Part shown: piece by piece, positions 19,740 to 29,116 of the stretch
Layout: each line of letters begins with the position of its first letter
Numbering within the stretch: position 1 is the first letter of the stretch
NCBI GenBank assembly: GCA_024643445.1
Contig: JAHEMX010000002.1
Coordinates: 1 to 29,116, forward strand
Reading direction: 5' to 3'
DNA from: Desulfobulbaceae bacterium
GTDB taxonomy: Bacteria > Desulfobacterota > Desulfobulbia > Desulfobulbales > Desulfocapsaceae
Length of the DNA: 29,116 nucleotides
Position numbers and translations under genes: made by a program
The notes under the pieces: generated by a model
The model's input: only the letters and a program-made list of their open reading frames with translations
What the model was told of the DNA's origin: nothing
The model's database searches: none

Positions 19740-20138
19740 TTACACACGACGACGCTTCGGCGGTTTGCATCCATTATGAGGAATAGGGGTAACATCTATG
19801 ATGCGCGTAACTTCCAGTCCGGCATTGAGAAGAGCACGCAATGCGGCTTCTCGGCCGGGCCCGGGTCCTTTCACATTGACCTCAACTTTTCGCATGCCCT
19901 GATCCGTGGCTTTTTTGGTCGCGTCAGTAACTGCGTTCTGCGCGGCAAAGGGGGTACTCTTGCGGGAGCCCTTAAAACCGAGCACGCCTGAGCTGCACCA
20001 GGATATCACGTTCCCCTGCTTGTCAGATATTGTTACTATGGTGTTGTTGAAGGTAGAATAAATATGAACAATACCTTCCGGTACACTCTTTTTAACCTTG
20101 CGTTTAGACCGTACTTCTGTCTTTTTTGCAGCTGCCAT
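19740..20138 (-). CDS. rpsK: 30S ribosomal protein S11
   Basis: [21 protein letters not shown] and [13 protein letters not shown]. Confidence 0.98.
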   Translation of the reverse strand: MAAAKKTEVRSKRKVKKSVPEGIVHIYSTFNNTIVTISDKQGNVISWCSSGVLGFKGSRKSTPFAAQNAVTDATKKATDQGMRKVEVNVKGPGPGREAALRALLNAGLEVTRIIDVTPIPHNGCKPPKRRRV

Positions 20139-20164
20139 TCTGATTCCCTGTATGCTTATCTTAT

Positions 20165-20530
20165 TTATTTACGGCGAGAGGCACCGCGACGGGGACCTTT
20201 TCTGGTCCTGGCATTCGTTTTGGTCTTCTGTCCGCGAACCGGCAGTCCCATACGGTGGCGCCTGCCTCTGTAGCAACCAAGATCCGTCAACCGCTTGATA
20301 TCCATTGATACCTCGCGACGACGGTCACCCTCGACAGTATACTCGTCCTCGATAACCTTACGGATACGATTAACATCTTCACCGCTCAGATCATCACTGT
20401 TCATAGTGTATGGAAGATCGACAGCGTTTAAAATAGTTCGTGCTGTCGTCAGACCGATACCATAAATATAGGTAAGCGCCCGATCCATATGCTTGTTTTT
20501 GGGAAGGTCAACCCCTGCTATACGTGCCAA
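20165..20530 (-). CDS. rpsM: 30S ribosomal protein S13 (TTG start)
   Basis: ARIAGVDLP and [26 protein letters not shown]. Confidence 0.98.
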   Translation of the reverse strand: MARIAGVDLPKNKHMDRALTYIYGIGLTTARTILNAVDLPYTMNSDDLSGEDVNRIRKVIEDEYTVEGDRRREVSMDIKRLTDLGCYRGRRHRMGLPVRGQKTKTNARTRKGPRRGASRRK

Positions 20531-20568
20531 GATGCGTCTCCTTTAGAATGTTTAACTGGGTATCGCCG

Positions 20569-20682
20569 TTAGCCCTGCTTCTGCTTGTGCTTTTTTATCT
20601 TGCAGGAAACCCGAACAATACCATGCCGCTTAAAAACCTTGCAGTCGCTGCAGATTTTTTTGACAGATGATCTTACTTTCAT
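20569..20682 (-). CDS. rpmJ: 50S ribosomal protein L36 (37 aa, absent from the ORF track)
   Basis: Translated by hand: [44 protein letters not shown]; C11/C14/C27/H32 zinc motif. Confidence 0.97.
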   Translation of the reverse strand: MKVRSSVKKICSDCKVFKRHGIVRVSCKIKKHKQKQG

Positions 20683-20692
20683 GGTGTAACTC

Positions 20693-20926
20693 CTATTTCT
20701 TATTGGCGTTCTTCGCTCTGAACGTGACTCTTCCGCGCGTCAGATCATAAGGAGAAAGCTCAACCGTCACCCGGTCTCCCGGCAATATTTTGATGAAATG
20801 CATCCTCATCTTGCCTGAGATATGAGCGAGGACTTTGTGCCCGTTGTCCAGTTCTACCCTGAACATGGCATTGGGCAAGGGCTCAATAATGGTCCCTTCT
20901 ACTTCAATAGCTTCTTCCTTAGCCAT
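20693..20926 (-). CDS. infA: Translation initiation factor IF-1
   Basis: [40 protein letters not shown]. Confidence 0.98.
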   Translation of the reverse strand: MAKEEAIEVEGTIIEPLPNAMFRVELDNGHKVLAHISGKMRMHFIKILPGDRVTVELSPYDLTRGRVTFRAKNANKK

Positions 20927-20997
20927 AAATATACCTGATTCTCAGTAAACGTCCAAAAACGGATGAGTATAATACACAAATCAATAAAAGAGAAGAA

Positions 20998-21804
20998 CTA
21001 TTTCCCCCTCCCATCGAAATCCGCACGGGAACTGAGCACCAGCGGGCCATCCTTGGTAACCGCCACCGAGTGCTCAAAGTGTGCGGATGACTTTTTATCA
21101 CTGGTAATCACCGTCCAGTTGTCCCGTAATACCTTCACCTGGTGCGTGCCGATATTTACCATCGGTTCGATGGCCAGTACCATACCCTCAAGCAGCCGCG
21201 GTGACGGTCCTTCCTGTACAAAATTTGGAATCTCCGGTCCTTCATGAAGAAGCGTCCCTATGCCATGACCAACAAATTGTCTGACAATGGATAAGCCATT
21301 CTTCTCGACATGCTCCTGAACAGCCGACGAGACATCGGATACCCGGTTGCCGATCCGGACCTGTTCGATTGCCTTACTCAGCGATTCTTCCGTTACTTTC
21401 AGCAGTTTTTCTTTTTCACTGTTGATTCTGCCCACGGGTATGGTCACGGCAGAATCACCGTAGTAGCCCTGGTAGAGGGTACCGAAATCAACGGATATGA
21501 TATCGCCCTTCTTCAACCGCCGTTTTCTTGAAGGAATACCGTGCACCACCTCTTCATTGATCGACACGCATAAACTTCCCGGAAATCCGCGGTACCCCTT
21601 GAAGGCAGGCAATGCCTTGCGCTTCTGGCATAATTCCTCGGCCATCTGATCAAGTTCGAAGGTGGTAATTCCTGGTTCGACCACCTTTTCCAGCATGACA
21701 AGAACTTCCGCAACAATACGGTTTGCTTCTGCCATCACCTGAATCTCGTCACGACTTTTAATCGTGATCGCTTTCCCTGCCGGAGCGCTGGACGAAGCCG
21801 ACAC
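20998..21804 (-). CDS. map: Methionine aminopeptidase type I (GTG start)
   Basis: Motifs SINEEVVHGIP, DFG...GDSA, GHGIG..LHEGP, AIEPM and SAHFEH. AGGAG SD overlapping the end of secY. Confidence 0.97.
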   Translation of the reverse strand: MSASSSAPAGKAITIKSRDEIQVMAEANRIVAEVLVMLEKVVEPGITTFELDQMAEELCQKRKALPAFKGYRGFPGSLCVSINEEVVHGIPSRKRRLKKGDIISVDFGTLYQGYYGDSAVTIPVGRINSEKEKLLKVTEESLSKAIEQVRIGNRVSDVSSAVQEHVEKNGLSIVRQFVGHGIGTLLHEGPEIPNFVQEGPSPRLLEGMVLAIEPMVNIGTHQVKVLRDNWTVITSDKKSSAHFEHSVAVTKDGPLVLSSRADFDGRGK

Positions 21805-21807
21805 CTG

Positions 21808-23112
21808 TTATCTCCTACCCTTGATTCTCCCCTGCTTCATGAAACCTTCATAGTTTCTCATAACCAGGTGAGACTCAATCTGGGAAATCGTATCGATGGC
21901 CACACCAACTACGATGAGCAGCGCCGTGCCGCCGAAATAGAAGGGTAGGCTCAGTTTGGCGATCAGTATCGTCGGCAGAACGCATATCGCACTGAGATAG
22001 ATCGCGCCAATCACGGTAAGTCGGGTAAGCGCCTTGTCAATAAATTCCGCGGTCTTCTTGCCGGGTCTGATACCTGGTATAAAACCGCCGTTTTTCCTGA
22101 GATTTTCAGCCACATCTTCCGGTTTGAACTGTACTGCGGCATAAAAGAAACAGAAAAAAACGATCATGCCGATAAAACAGATGTAGTAGTAAACGGTTCC
22201 AGGACTCATGGCAGCCGACACCCGCTGTACCCAGTCTATCTGTATAAAACTGCCGATCGTTGCCGGAAACATCATGATGGATGAAGCAAAGATTGGCGGG
22301 ATAACACCGGAAACATTTATTTTCAGCGGAAGATGCGAGGCCTGCCCACCGTACACACGTCGTCCGACAACACGTTTGGCATACTGTATCGGTATTCTTC
22401 TCTGGGCCGTTTCACAGAAGACAATGAGGCCGATCACGCCAAACATCAGCAGGATAATAAACGGGATGAAAAACACCTGAATCTCTCCAGCCTTGACCAG
22501 CTGGAAAAAGTTGACAATCGCCGCCGGTCCGCGGGCTACAATACCGGCGAAAATGATCATCGAGATACCATTGCCGACCCCCCTTTCCGTCATCTGCTCG
22601 CCCAGCCACATCAAAAATGCCGTACCGGAGGTAAGGGTGATCATGGTCATCAGCTTGAACTGGAGACCGGGATCAAGAACGATCATCTCTCCGCCGGGAC
22701 CGGACATCCCTTCGAGCCCGACAGCTATGAATGATCCCTGGATAATACTCAGGACAACCGTTCCGTACCTGGTGTACTGCGTAATTTTTCGTCGCCCGGA
22801 CTCGCCTTCCTTCTTCAGTGTTTCAAGCTGCGGAATGACAACGGTCAACAGCTGTATGATGATCGAGGCGCTGATATAGGGCATGATACCAAGAGCGAGA
22901 ATAGAAAAATTCTGCAGTGCCCCGCCGGAAAACATATTGAACATGCCGAACAACGTACCCGCGTTCTGCTGGAAAAAGGCGGTAAGAGCCTCACTGTTGA
23001 TACCGGGTGTCGGTACCTGAACCCCGATGCGGTAAACTGCCAGCATGATCAGGGTAAACAGGATTCTCTTACGAAGTTCGGGAATCTGGGCTGCGCTTTG
23101 AAGTCCGCTCAT
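21808..23112 (-). CDS. secY: Preprotein translocase subunit SecY
   Basis: Motifs ALGIMPYISASII, GNGISMIIFAGI, PGIRPG and GGTALLIVVGV. Confidence 0.98.
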   Translation of the reverse strand: MSGLQSAAQIPELRKRILFTLIMLAVYRIGVQVPTPGINSEALTAFFQQNAGTLFGMFNMFSGGALQNFSILALGIMPYISASIIIQLLTVVIPQLETLKKEGESGRRKITQYTRYGTVVLSIIQGSFIAVGLEGMSGPGGEMIVLDPGLQFKLMTMITLTSGTAFLMWLGEQMTERGVGNGISMIIFAGIVARGPAAIVNFFQLVKAGEIQVFFIPFIILLMFGVIGLIVFCETAQRRIPIQYAKRVVGRRVYGGQASHLPLKINVSGVIPPIFASSIMMFPATIGSFIQIDWVQRVSAAMSPGTVYYYICFIGMIVFFCFFYAAVQFKPEDVAENLRKNGGFIPGIRPGKKTAEFIDKALTRLTVIGAIYLSAICVLPTILIAKLSLPFYFGGTALLIVVGVAIDTISQIESHLVMRNYEGFMKQGRIKGRR

Positions 23113-23130
23113 GAAATTGGCCTTTGGACG

Positions 23131-23168
23131 ATAAAAGATGACGGACTTTGTGCAAAGCCGGTCATCTT
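23131..23168 (-). terminator. Terminator-like hairpin between rplO and secY
   Basis: Minus strand reads aagatgac-cgg-ctttg-ca-caaag-tcc-gtcatctt-ttat. Confidence 0.45.
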
Positions 23169-23184
23169 ATATAATATTTCAATG

Positions 23185-23640
23185 CTACTGAGCAGCAGGG
23201 GCGTTTTCAACGACCGTTCCGCCTGCTTTCTCAATCAGCTCTTTTGCCTGGCCACTTACCTTGTCGACCTTAACGGTCAGCTTTTTGGTAATTTCACCAT
23301 TGGCAAGAACCTTGGCAAGATTGCCCTTTTTCACCATGCCTGCCTGTACCAGCGTTTGCGTGGTTACTTCCTGACCCGCATCAAACGAGTCAAGCTGGCT
23401 CAAGCTTACGAGTTCATAGGAAATTTTAAAATTGTTGGTGAACCCGCGCTTGGGCAATCGGCGCTGCAGGGGCATCTGGCCGCCTTCAAAGCCCGGTTTG
23501 GACTTGTAGCCGGATCTCGCCCGGGCACCCTTGTGCCCCTTGCCTGCGGTTTTACCGTGCCCGGTACCGGGACCACGACCAAGACGTTTCTTTTCTCTAT
23601 TGGATCCTTTCTTGGGCGAAAGGTTTGCAAGCGTTAACAT
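23185..23640 (-). CDS. rplO: 50S ribosomal protein L15
   Basis: GRGPGTGHGKTAGKGHKG and FEGGQMPLQRRLPKRGF. Confidence 0.98.
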   Translation of the reverse strand: MLTLANLSPKKGSNREKKRLGRGPGTGHGKTAGKGHKGARARSGYKSKPGFEGGQMPLQRRLPKRGFTNNFKISYELVSLSQLDSFDAGQEVTTQTLVQAGMVKKGNLAKVLANGEITKKLTVKVDKVSGQAKELIEKAGGTVVENAPAAQ

Positions 23641-23823
23641 CTAAACCTCCTCCACACGAACAAGATGCGCGACCTTGGCAAGCATGCCGCGGATTTCCGG
23701 AGTATCCTTGCGTGTCATCGTTTTATGCATTTTGGTTAGCCCAAGCCCGGTCAGGGTTGCACGAATCTTTTCCGTGCTTCCAATCCCACTTTTGACCAAA
23801 GTAAAGGTAATTGTATCAGCCAT
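23641..23823 (-). CDS. rpmD: 50S ribosomal protein L30
   Basis: [21 protein letters not shown]. Canonical position between rpsE and rplO. Confidence 0.96.
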   Translation of the reverse strand: MADTITFTLVKSGIGSTEKIRATLTGLGLTKMHKTMTRKDTPEIRGMLAKVAHLVRVEEV

Positions 23824-23890
23824 GTGACTACACCGTTCTCATAGTAATAATTGTACGTATTGTAGACGCGGACTGAAGAGTCGGCCTCAA

Positions 23891-24403
23891 TCAGGCCGTC
23901 AACTCTTCTACTGTCTTTCCGCGCAATTCAGCAATTTTGTTAACAGTCTTCAGTTTTCTCAGACCATCAAGCGTTGCCTTGACCATATTGTGGGGATTAT
24001 GAGAGCCCAGACATTTTGTCAGGATATTGCTCACACCTGCCGCTTCAAGTACCGCCCTGACGGGTCCACCGGCAATAACACCGGTACCTGCCGAGGCCGG
24101 TTTCAGCAGTACGCGGCCGGCTCCGAAATTTCCGACAATTCCGTGTGGAATCGACACATCAGTCAATGAAACGGCGGACATGTCCTTTCGGGCTTTTTCA
24201 ATTCCCTTGCGTATCGCATCAGGAACCTGGTTGGCTTTACCAAGACCATATCCCACTTTTCCTTTTCCATCTCCAACAACCACAATTGCACTGAAGCTGA
24301 ACCGGCGACCGCCTTTTACAACCTTCGCAACTCTGTTGATAAATACTATCTTTTCAACAAGTTCCTCAGCCACTTCACCTCTGGAACGCTTAAATTCAGA
24401 CAA
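23891..24403 (-). CDS. rpsE: 30S ribosomal protein S5 (TTG start)
   Basis: [18 protein letters not shown] and [12 protein letters not shown]. Confidence 0.97.
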   Translation of the reverse strand: MSEFKRSRGEVAEELVEKIVFINRVAKVVKGGRRFSFSAIVVVGDGKGKVGYGLGKANQVPDAIRKGIEKARKDMSAVSLTDVSIPHGIVGNFGAGRVLLKPASAGTGVIAGGPVRAVLEAAGVSNILTKCLGSHNPHNMVKATLDGLRKLKTVNKIAELRGKTVEELTA

Positions 24404-24428
24404 GGGACACCCCCAAAACTGTTACGAG

Positions 24429-24794
24429 TTAAAATTCCAATCCGCCTTCCCGGGCCCCATCAGACAGCGCCTTGACGCGACCGTGATAGATGTAGCCTCC
24501 GCGATCAAACACAACCCGAATGATACCGGCAGCCTTGGCCCGTTCGGCAATCATCACGCCGACCTTCTTGGCGATTGCCGTTTTTCCTTTTTCTTCGGCT
24601 TTCTCAAAAGCTTTATCAATCGTTGACATTGATACGAGCGTGTTACCGGAGCTGTCATCTATGATCTGTGCATAGATATGCTTGCTGCTCTTGAAAACTC
24701 TTAAACGGGGTCGCTCACCTGTTCCAGCCACTTTCTTGCGGATCCGTTTCACCCGCTTAGCCCTTGCAATACTTGAAGGATTTGTTTTAGCCAT
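24429..24794 (-). CDS. rplR: 50S ribosomal protein L18
   Basis: [20 protein letters not shown] and [16 protein letters not shown]. Confidence 0.98.
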   Translation of the reverse strand: MAKTNPSSIARAKRVKRIRKKVAGTGERPRLRVFKSSKHIYAQIIDDSSGNTLVSMSTIDKAFEKAEEKGKTAIAKKVGVMIAERAKAAGIIRVVFDRGGYIYHGRVKALSDGAREGGLEF

Positions 24795-24840
24795 CGTTTT
24801 ATCTCTACCAGTAAAATATCGTCAGTTAATTACGTAACTA

Positions 24841-25383
24841 TTATTTTCCTGCGCCGGACTTGCCTGCTTTGCGCACGATATGCTCATCTTCGTATCTGAT
24901 TCCTTTGCCCTTGTAAGGCTCGGGTTTGCGAATAGCCCGAATCTTGGCGGCAGCCAGGCCAAGTGCTTCCTTATCAACCGATTCAAGAACAATCTTGGTG
25001 TTGTTTTCAACACTCCCGGTAACACCTTTCGGCAGATTGAACACAACCGGGTTGGAGTAACCGACGCTGAGCGACAGACCATTTCCGGCAACACTTGCGC
25101 GATAGCCTATGCCTTCAACAATCAGAACTTTCTTGAACCCCTCATCGACACCAACAACCATATTGTTTAACAGAGATCTCGTGAGTCCCTGAAACGCACT
25201 GCCTTGCTTATCAGTCTCACTGCAGGTCACATGAATATGGCCACCATCCAGTGCGATTGCTATCTGTGGATGTATGGTGCGGCTCAGCGAACCCCTCTTG
25301 CCTGTTACAGTTATATCCTGGCCCTTGATATCGATCTTGACACCACCGGGTACCGGTATGGGCATTTTTCCAACTCGAGACAT
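24841..25383 (-). CDS. rplF: 50S ribosomal protein L6
   Basis: MSRVGKMPI and RKPEPYKGKGIRY. Confidence 0.98.
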   Translation of the reverse strand: MSRVGKMPIPVPGGVKIDIKGQDITVTGKRGSLSRTIHPQIAIALDGGHIHVTCSETDKQGSAFQGLTRSLLNNMVVGVDEGFKKVLIVEGIGYRASVAGNGLSLSVGYSNPVVFNLPKGVTGSVENNTKIVLESVDKEALGLAAAKIRAIRKPEPYKGKGIRYEDEHIVRKAGKSGAGK

Positions 25384-25407
25384 GTTTTCCTCCGTTACAA
25401 ACCGGTG

Positions 25408-25806
25408 TTACCAAACCTGGCAGAGAATCTCCCCGCCACTATTTTCTTTTCTGGCGGCACGATCTGCCACAATGCCCTTGGACGTTGAGACGATAGCGAT
25501 GCCGAGGCCGTTGAGGACGACAGGGATATCACCCGCCTTCGCAAACTTTCTCAGACCCGGTTTACTGACCCGCTGTATACCTGAGATGACGGATTCGCCA
25601 TGTGGACCGTATTTCAGGTTGATGGTCAACGTGCCTTGCGGACCACTGTCATCAACCTCGTAGCCGTTGATGTAGCCCTCTTCCTGCAGGACTTTAGCAA
25701 CATTTACCTTTACCTTGGACTTCGGCATCTGTACCGAATCGAATTTAACCGTTACTGCATTTCGTATCCTGGTCAGCATGTCTGCCAGCGGATCGCTCAT
25801 TGACAT
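25408..25806 (-). CDS. rpsH: 30S ribosomal protein S8
   Basis: Start moved to MSMSDPLADMLTRIRNA at 25806 (AAGGAG SD, 7-nt spacer). SKPGLR and GGEILCQVW. Confidence 0.97.
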   Translation of the reverse strand: MSMSDPLADMLTRIRNAVTVKFDSVQMPKSKVKVNVAKVLQEEGYINGYEVDDSGPQGTLTINLKYGPHGESVISGIQRVSKPGLRKFAKAGDIPVVLNGLGIAIVSTSKGIVADRAARKENSGGEILCQVW

Positions 25807-25863
25807 CGCGAACACTCCTTCTCTAAAATCATAAGTTCGACTTGATCAGCGGTACTTATTCAG

Positions 25864-26049
25864 TTACCAGCTTGACTTGGTAACACCCGTTATTTCACCC
25901 TTCGACGCCAGGGACCTGAAGCATATTCGGCAAACACCAAATTTCCTGATGTATGCCCGTGGACGTCCACAGAGTGGGCACCGGTTATATTTACGCACCG
26001 AATGTTTCGGCTCCCGCTGCGCTCTTGCAATTATTGATTTCTTAGCCAA
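25864..26049 (-). CDS. rpsN: 30S ribosomal protein S14, short zinc-binding type Z (61 aa, TTG start)
   Basis: TTG at 26049 behind a GGAGG SD. (M)[20 protein letters not shown]. Confidence 0.96.
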   Translation of the reverse strand: MAKKSIIARAQREPKHSVRKYNRCPLCGRPRAYIRKFGVCRICFRSLASKGEITGVTKSSW

Positions 26050-26089
26050 ACCAACCTCCAAATAAGTCGATATGAATACGCTCTTGAGC

Positions 26090-26629
26090 TTATTTCCTAA
26101 AAGGCATTCCCATTAATCGTAACAGTGACCGTCCCTCTTCATTTGTCCGGGCCGAGGTCACGATAGAAATATTCAATCCCTTGAGTTTATCGATCTTGTC
26201 GTAGTCGATCTCCGGGAATATGATCTGTTCCGTGACACCGAGCGAGTAATTTCCGCGACCATCGAATCCTTTCGGCGAAACTCCCCTGAAGTCACGCACG
26301 CGGGGAAGGGCTATATTGACAAGCTTGCTGAAAAAATTATACATCTTGTCTCCCCTCAGCGTTACCCTGCATCCGATCGGCATTCCTTCCCTGAGCTTAA
26401 AGGTGGCGATAGATTTCTTCGCCTTGGTCACAACAGCTTTCTGCCCGGCAATTAAACTCAACTCCTGTGCCGCACCTTCAACGATCTTTGGATTCTGAAC
26501 CGCCTCACCAAGTCCCATGTTGAGAACAATTTTCTCAAGCTTCGGAACCTGCATGATATTGGTATAGCCAAATTCCTCTTTCAGTGCGGAAACACACTCT
26601 TTATCATAATAGTCTTTAAGAGCACCCAT
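26090..26629 (-). CDS. rplE: 50S ribosomal protein L5
   Basis: [22 protein letters not shown] and PRVRDFRG. Confidence 0.98.
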   Translation of the reverse strand: MGALKDYYDKECVSALKEEFGYTNIMQVPKLEKIVLNMGLGEAVQNPKIVEGAAQELSLIAGQKAVVTKAKKSIATFKLREGMPIGCRVTLRGDKMYNFFSKLVNIALPRVRDFRGVSPKGFDGRGNYSLGVTEQIIFPEIDYDKIDKLKGLNISIVTSARTNEEGRSLLRLMGMPFRK

Positions 26630-26664
26630 GTATCACTCCTGACGTCACGCTGAATCGTGAACTG

Positions 26665-26997
26665 TTATTTACTTTCTATTGATTCGCCGCACTTTTTGCA
26701 AACGCGGGCTTTCGTGCCATCTTCGAGCAATTTCCTGCCGATCCGGCCCGTCTGTGTGCATTCCGGACAGATCAACTGAAGATTCGATACATGGATCGGA
26801 GCCTCACGTTCGACTATCTGTCCCTGCTGGCTTGCATCACGGGGCTTGGTATGCCTCTTGATCATGTTGATGCGTTCCACGGTTGCCTTGCTTTCGCTCG
26901 GGAAAACCTTCAGCACCTTGCCGACCCGCCCCTTGTCTTTTCCGGAGATCACCTCTACCTGATCATCCGCTTTCAGGTATGTTCTTCCTTTCCTCAT
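26665..26997 (-). CDS. rplX: 50S ribosomal protein L24
   Basis: [15 protein letters not shown] and EAPIHVSN. Confidence 0.98.
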   Translation of the reverse strand: MRKGRTYLKADDQVEVISGKDKGRVGKVLKVFPSESKATVERINMIKRHTKPRDASQQGQIVEREAPIHVSNLQLICPECTQTGRIGRKLLEDGTKARVCKKCGESIESK

Positions 26998-27041
26998 GAT
27001 TCTAACCTATCGTTGCTGTACCTTGTCTGGCGACAATATTG

Positions 27042-27410
27042 TTAAAGAACTTCGGGAGCAAGAGAAATGATCTTCATAAACCCCTCATTCCTCAGTTCAC
27101 GGGCTACCGGTCCAAAAATACGGGTACCAACCGGCTCACCGGCCGATGTGAGTAAAACCGCAGCATTCTCGTCAAATTTCACCCAGGTATCATCCAACCG
27201 CTTCAGTTCTTTTTTCGTGCGAACAATAACTGCTGTCATAACATCCCCCTTTTTCACTTTAGCGTGGGGAATGGCTTCTTTCACCGTCACGACAATAACG
27301 TCGCCTATACCGGCGTATCTCTTTTTTGTGCCGCCGAGAACTCTGATGCAAAGCACTTTCCGCGCTCCGGAGTTATCAGCAACATTCAACGTTGTTTCAG
27401 TCTGTATCAT
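27042..27410 (-). CDS. rplN: 50S ribosomal protein L14
   Basis: [29 protein letters not shown] and SLAPEVL. Confidence 0.98.
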   Translation of the reverse strand: MIQTETTLNVADNSGARKVLCIRVLGGTKKRYAGIGDVIVVTVKEAIPHAKVKKGDVMTAVIVRTKKELKRLDDTWVKFDENAAVLLTSAGEPVGTRIFGPVARELRNEGFMKIISLAPEVL

Positions 27411-27471
27411 AATGTCACCTGACCTCTATCAGTCTACACGGCTCCATAAGAGCCGGCTGCAAACATGGACG

Positions 27472-27732
27472 CTATACCGCTTGCTCCAGGATGGACTTAA
27501 CCCGCCAGCGCTTCGTCTTGCTTAGTGGACGGCACTCTTCTATCAGAACAGTATCGCCGATGTTACATCTGTTCTCCGGATCGTCAGCGAGGTACTTAAC
27601 ACTCGTCTTGACAAATTTGCCATAAAATTTATGGCGAAACTGTCTTTCAACCCGGACAACCACACTCTTTTCCATTCTGTTGCTGACAACAGAACCGGTC
27701 CTTGTTTTTCTCGATTTTTTATTTTCGCTCAT
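27472..27732 (-). CDS. rpsQ: 30S ribosomal protein S17
   Basis: GSVVSNRMEKSVVV and ECRPLSKTKRW. Confidence 0.98.
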   Translation of the reverse strand: MSENKKSRKTRTGSVVSNRMEKSVVVRVERQFRHKFYGKFVKTSVKYLADDPENRCNIGDTVLIEECRPLSKTKRWRVKSILEQAV

Positions 27733-27793
27733 AATGTAATTTCAAAATGTTGGGCCGCACATTTTATCTTCGCTCTATCGTTCGTGAAGATCT

Positions 27794-27985
27794 CTAGCTC
27801 ACCGCTTTTTCATTGGCGATGGTCCTTAGTCGCGCGATATCTTTTTTAATTTTTCTCAGACGTGAAGTATCTTCCAACGGTCTTAGTTTATGTTGAAAAG
27901 AGAGATTACCGAGTTCTTCACGCAATTCTTTCTCTTTCTTGATGAGGTCCTCATCGGACATTTTCCGGATTTCCTCGGTTTTCAT
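27794..27985 (-). CDS. rpmC: 50S ribosomal protein L29
   Basis: [13 protein letters not shown] overlap with rplP; canonical position. Confidence 0.96.
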   Translation of the reverse strand: MKTEEIRKMSDEDLIKKEKELREELGNLSFQHKLRPLEDTSRLRKIKKDIARLRTIANEKAVS

Positions 27986-28398
27986 AATGTACTCCTTTTA
28001 GAAATCACCTTGGTACGAAAAGGAAGCTTGTTTCCGGCCAGGGTGAGTGCCCGAACAGCAAGCTCCTCATCGACACCTCCCAGTTCATACAGGATCTTTC
28101 CAGGTTTCACGGGGCAAACCCAGAATTCGGGACTACCCTTACCTTTACCCATCCTAGTCTCTGCCGGCTTTTTGGTGACCGGTTTGGCCGGAAAAACCCT
28201 GATCCAGACCGTTCCACCACGCTTGATCTTTCTGTTGATGGCAATACGGGCAGCTTCAATCTGCTGAGCAGTCATATTGCCTCTTGTCGTGGCCTTGAGT
28301 GCATATTCGCCAAAAGCAATGGACGACCCGCGATGGGCTGTTCCCCTGTTTTTTCCTGTAAAAACCTTACGATGTTTTACTTTTTTGGGACTTAGCAT
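27982..28398 (-). CDS. rplP: 50S ribosomal protein L16
   Basis: [17 protein letters not shown] and [12 protein letters not shown]. Confidence 0.98.
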   Translation of the reverse strand: MLSPKKVKHRKVFTGKNRGTAHRGSSIAFGEYALKATTRGNMTAQQIEAARIAINRKIKRGGTVWIRVFPAKPVTKKPAETRMGKGKGSPEFWVCPVKPGKILYELGGVDEELAVRALTLAGNKLPFRTKVISKRSTL

Positions 28399-28446
28399 AT
28401 CATACTCCGAAAATTATCTACTCTGATAGAGCACCTGCTAGCAGGC

Positions 28447-29091
28447 TCAGTTCAAACTATCTGTATCGTCAAGGATTTCGCCATTGAATATCCACACCTT
28501 CACACCGATAATGCCAAAGGTCGTGTTAGCCTCAGCCAGTGCATAATCGACGTCCGCTCTCAGAGTGTGCAGCGGTACCCGCCCCTCGCGAACCCATTCG
28601 CTCCGGGACATTTCAGCCCCGCCAAGACGTCCGGAACAGGTGATCTTTATCCCCTGTACACCAAACCGCTGGGCAGAACTGACCGCCTTTTTCATGGCAC
28701 GGCGGAAAGCAATACGGCGCACGAGTTGTGCGGCGACGCTCTCTGCAACCAGCTGGGCATCGGCCTCGGGTCGGCGAACTTCCTGAATGTCCAGGGTTAC
28801 CGGACGATTGACCAGCCGCTCCAGTTCCTGTTTCAGGATCTCGATCTCCGCGCCCTTTTTGCCAATGACAATGCCGGGACGGGCCGTGAAGAGCTTCACC
28901 CGGATCTTGTCTCCGGTACGTTCAATCTTTACTTTGGACAGACCGGCGTGAAAGAGACGTGTTTTTAGGTATTTACGAATTTTCTGATCTTCGATGAGAT
29001 AGGTGGAAAATTCTTTATCTGCATACCAGATCGAATCCCATGTCCGGGTAATATTCAGTCTTAATCCTATTGGATTTACCTTCTGGCCCAA
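28447..29091 (-). CDS. rpsC: 30S ribosomal protein S3 (TTG start)
   Basis: [30 protein letters not shown] and [18 protein letters not shown]. Confidence 0.98.
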   Translation of the reverse strand: MGQKVNPIGLRLNITRTWDSIWYADKEFSTYLIEDQKIRKYLKTRLFHAGLSKVKIERTGDKIRVKLFTARPGIVIGKKGAEIEILKQELERLVNRPVTLDIQEVRRPEADAQLVAESVAAQLVRRIAFRRAMKKAVSSAQRFGVQGIKITCSGRLGGAEMSRSEWVREGRVPLHTLRADVDYALAEANTTFGIIGVKVWIFNGEILDDTDSLN

Positions 29092-29116
29092 AATAATCCT
29101 CCAACTGAGTAGGTAA

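Noticed and set aside
29092-29116. Possible 3' end of rplV
   Set aside because: Only 25 nt, containing the rpsC SD. No assignable coding sequence inside the window.

Overview
A housekeeping window with no mobile element, CRISPR array, rRNA or tRNA visible. It holds 40 CDS. Two are on the + strand (5'-truncated LptF/G permease, DUF362). They converge at a bidirectional terminator on 38 consecutive minus-strand genes. In transcription order these are the S10(end)-spc-alpha cluster (rpsC to rplQ, including secY, map, infA, rpmJ and rpoA, with no adk), a YkgJ-type Cys-cluster gene, rpsB-tsf-pyrH-frr-uppS-cdsA-dxr-rseP-tsaB-ispG-proS, a long RelA/SpoT homologue, a Zn-ribbon/Smr gene and an FKBP PPIase. 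Gene order and protein style suggest a Desulfobacterota (Desulfobulbales-like) organism; this is inference. The best lead is the RSH enzyme: its hydrolase motifs are eroded (HDxxED reads HGxxKN, DRxHN reads DRxQD) while the synthetase, TGS, zinc-finger and ACT domains look intact, and it sits just upstream of an atypical stand-alone Smr gene. Other leads are an S2-type r-protein leader, several structured intercistronic spacers, and TTG starts confined to small-subunit r-protein genes. I see no strong evidence of a wholly new system.
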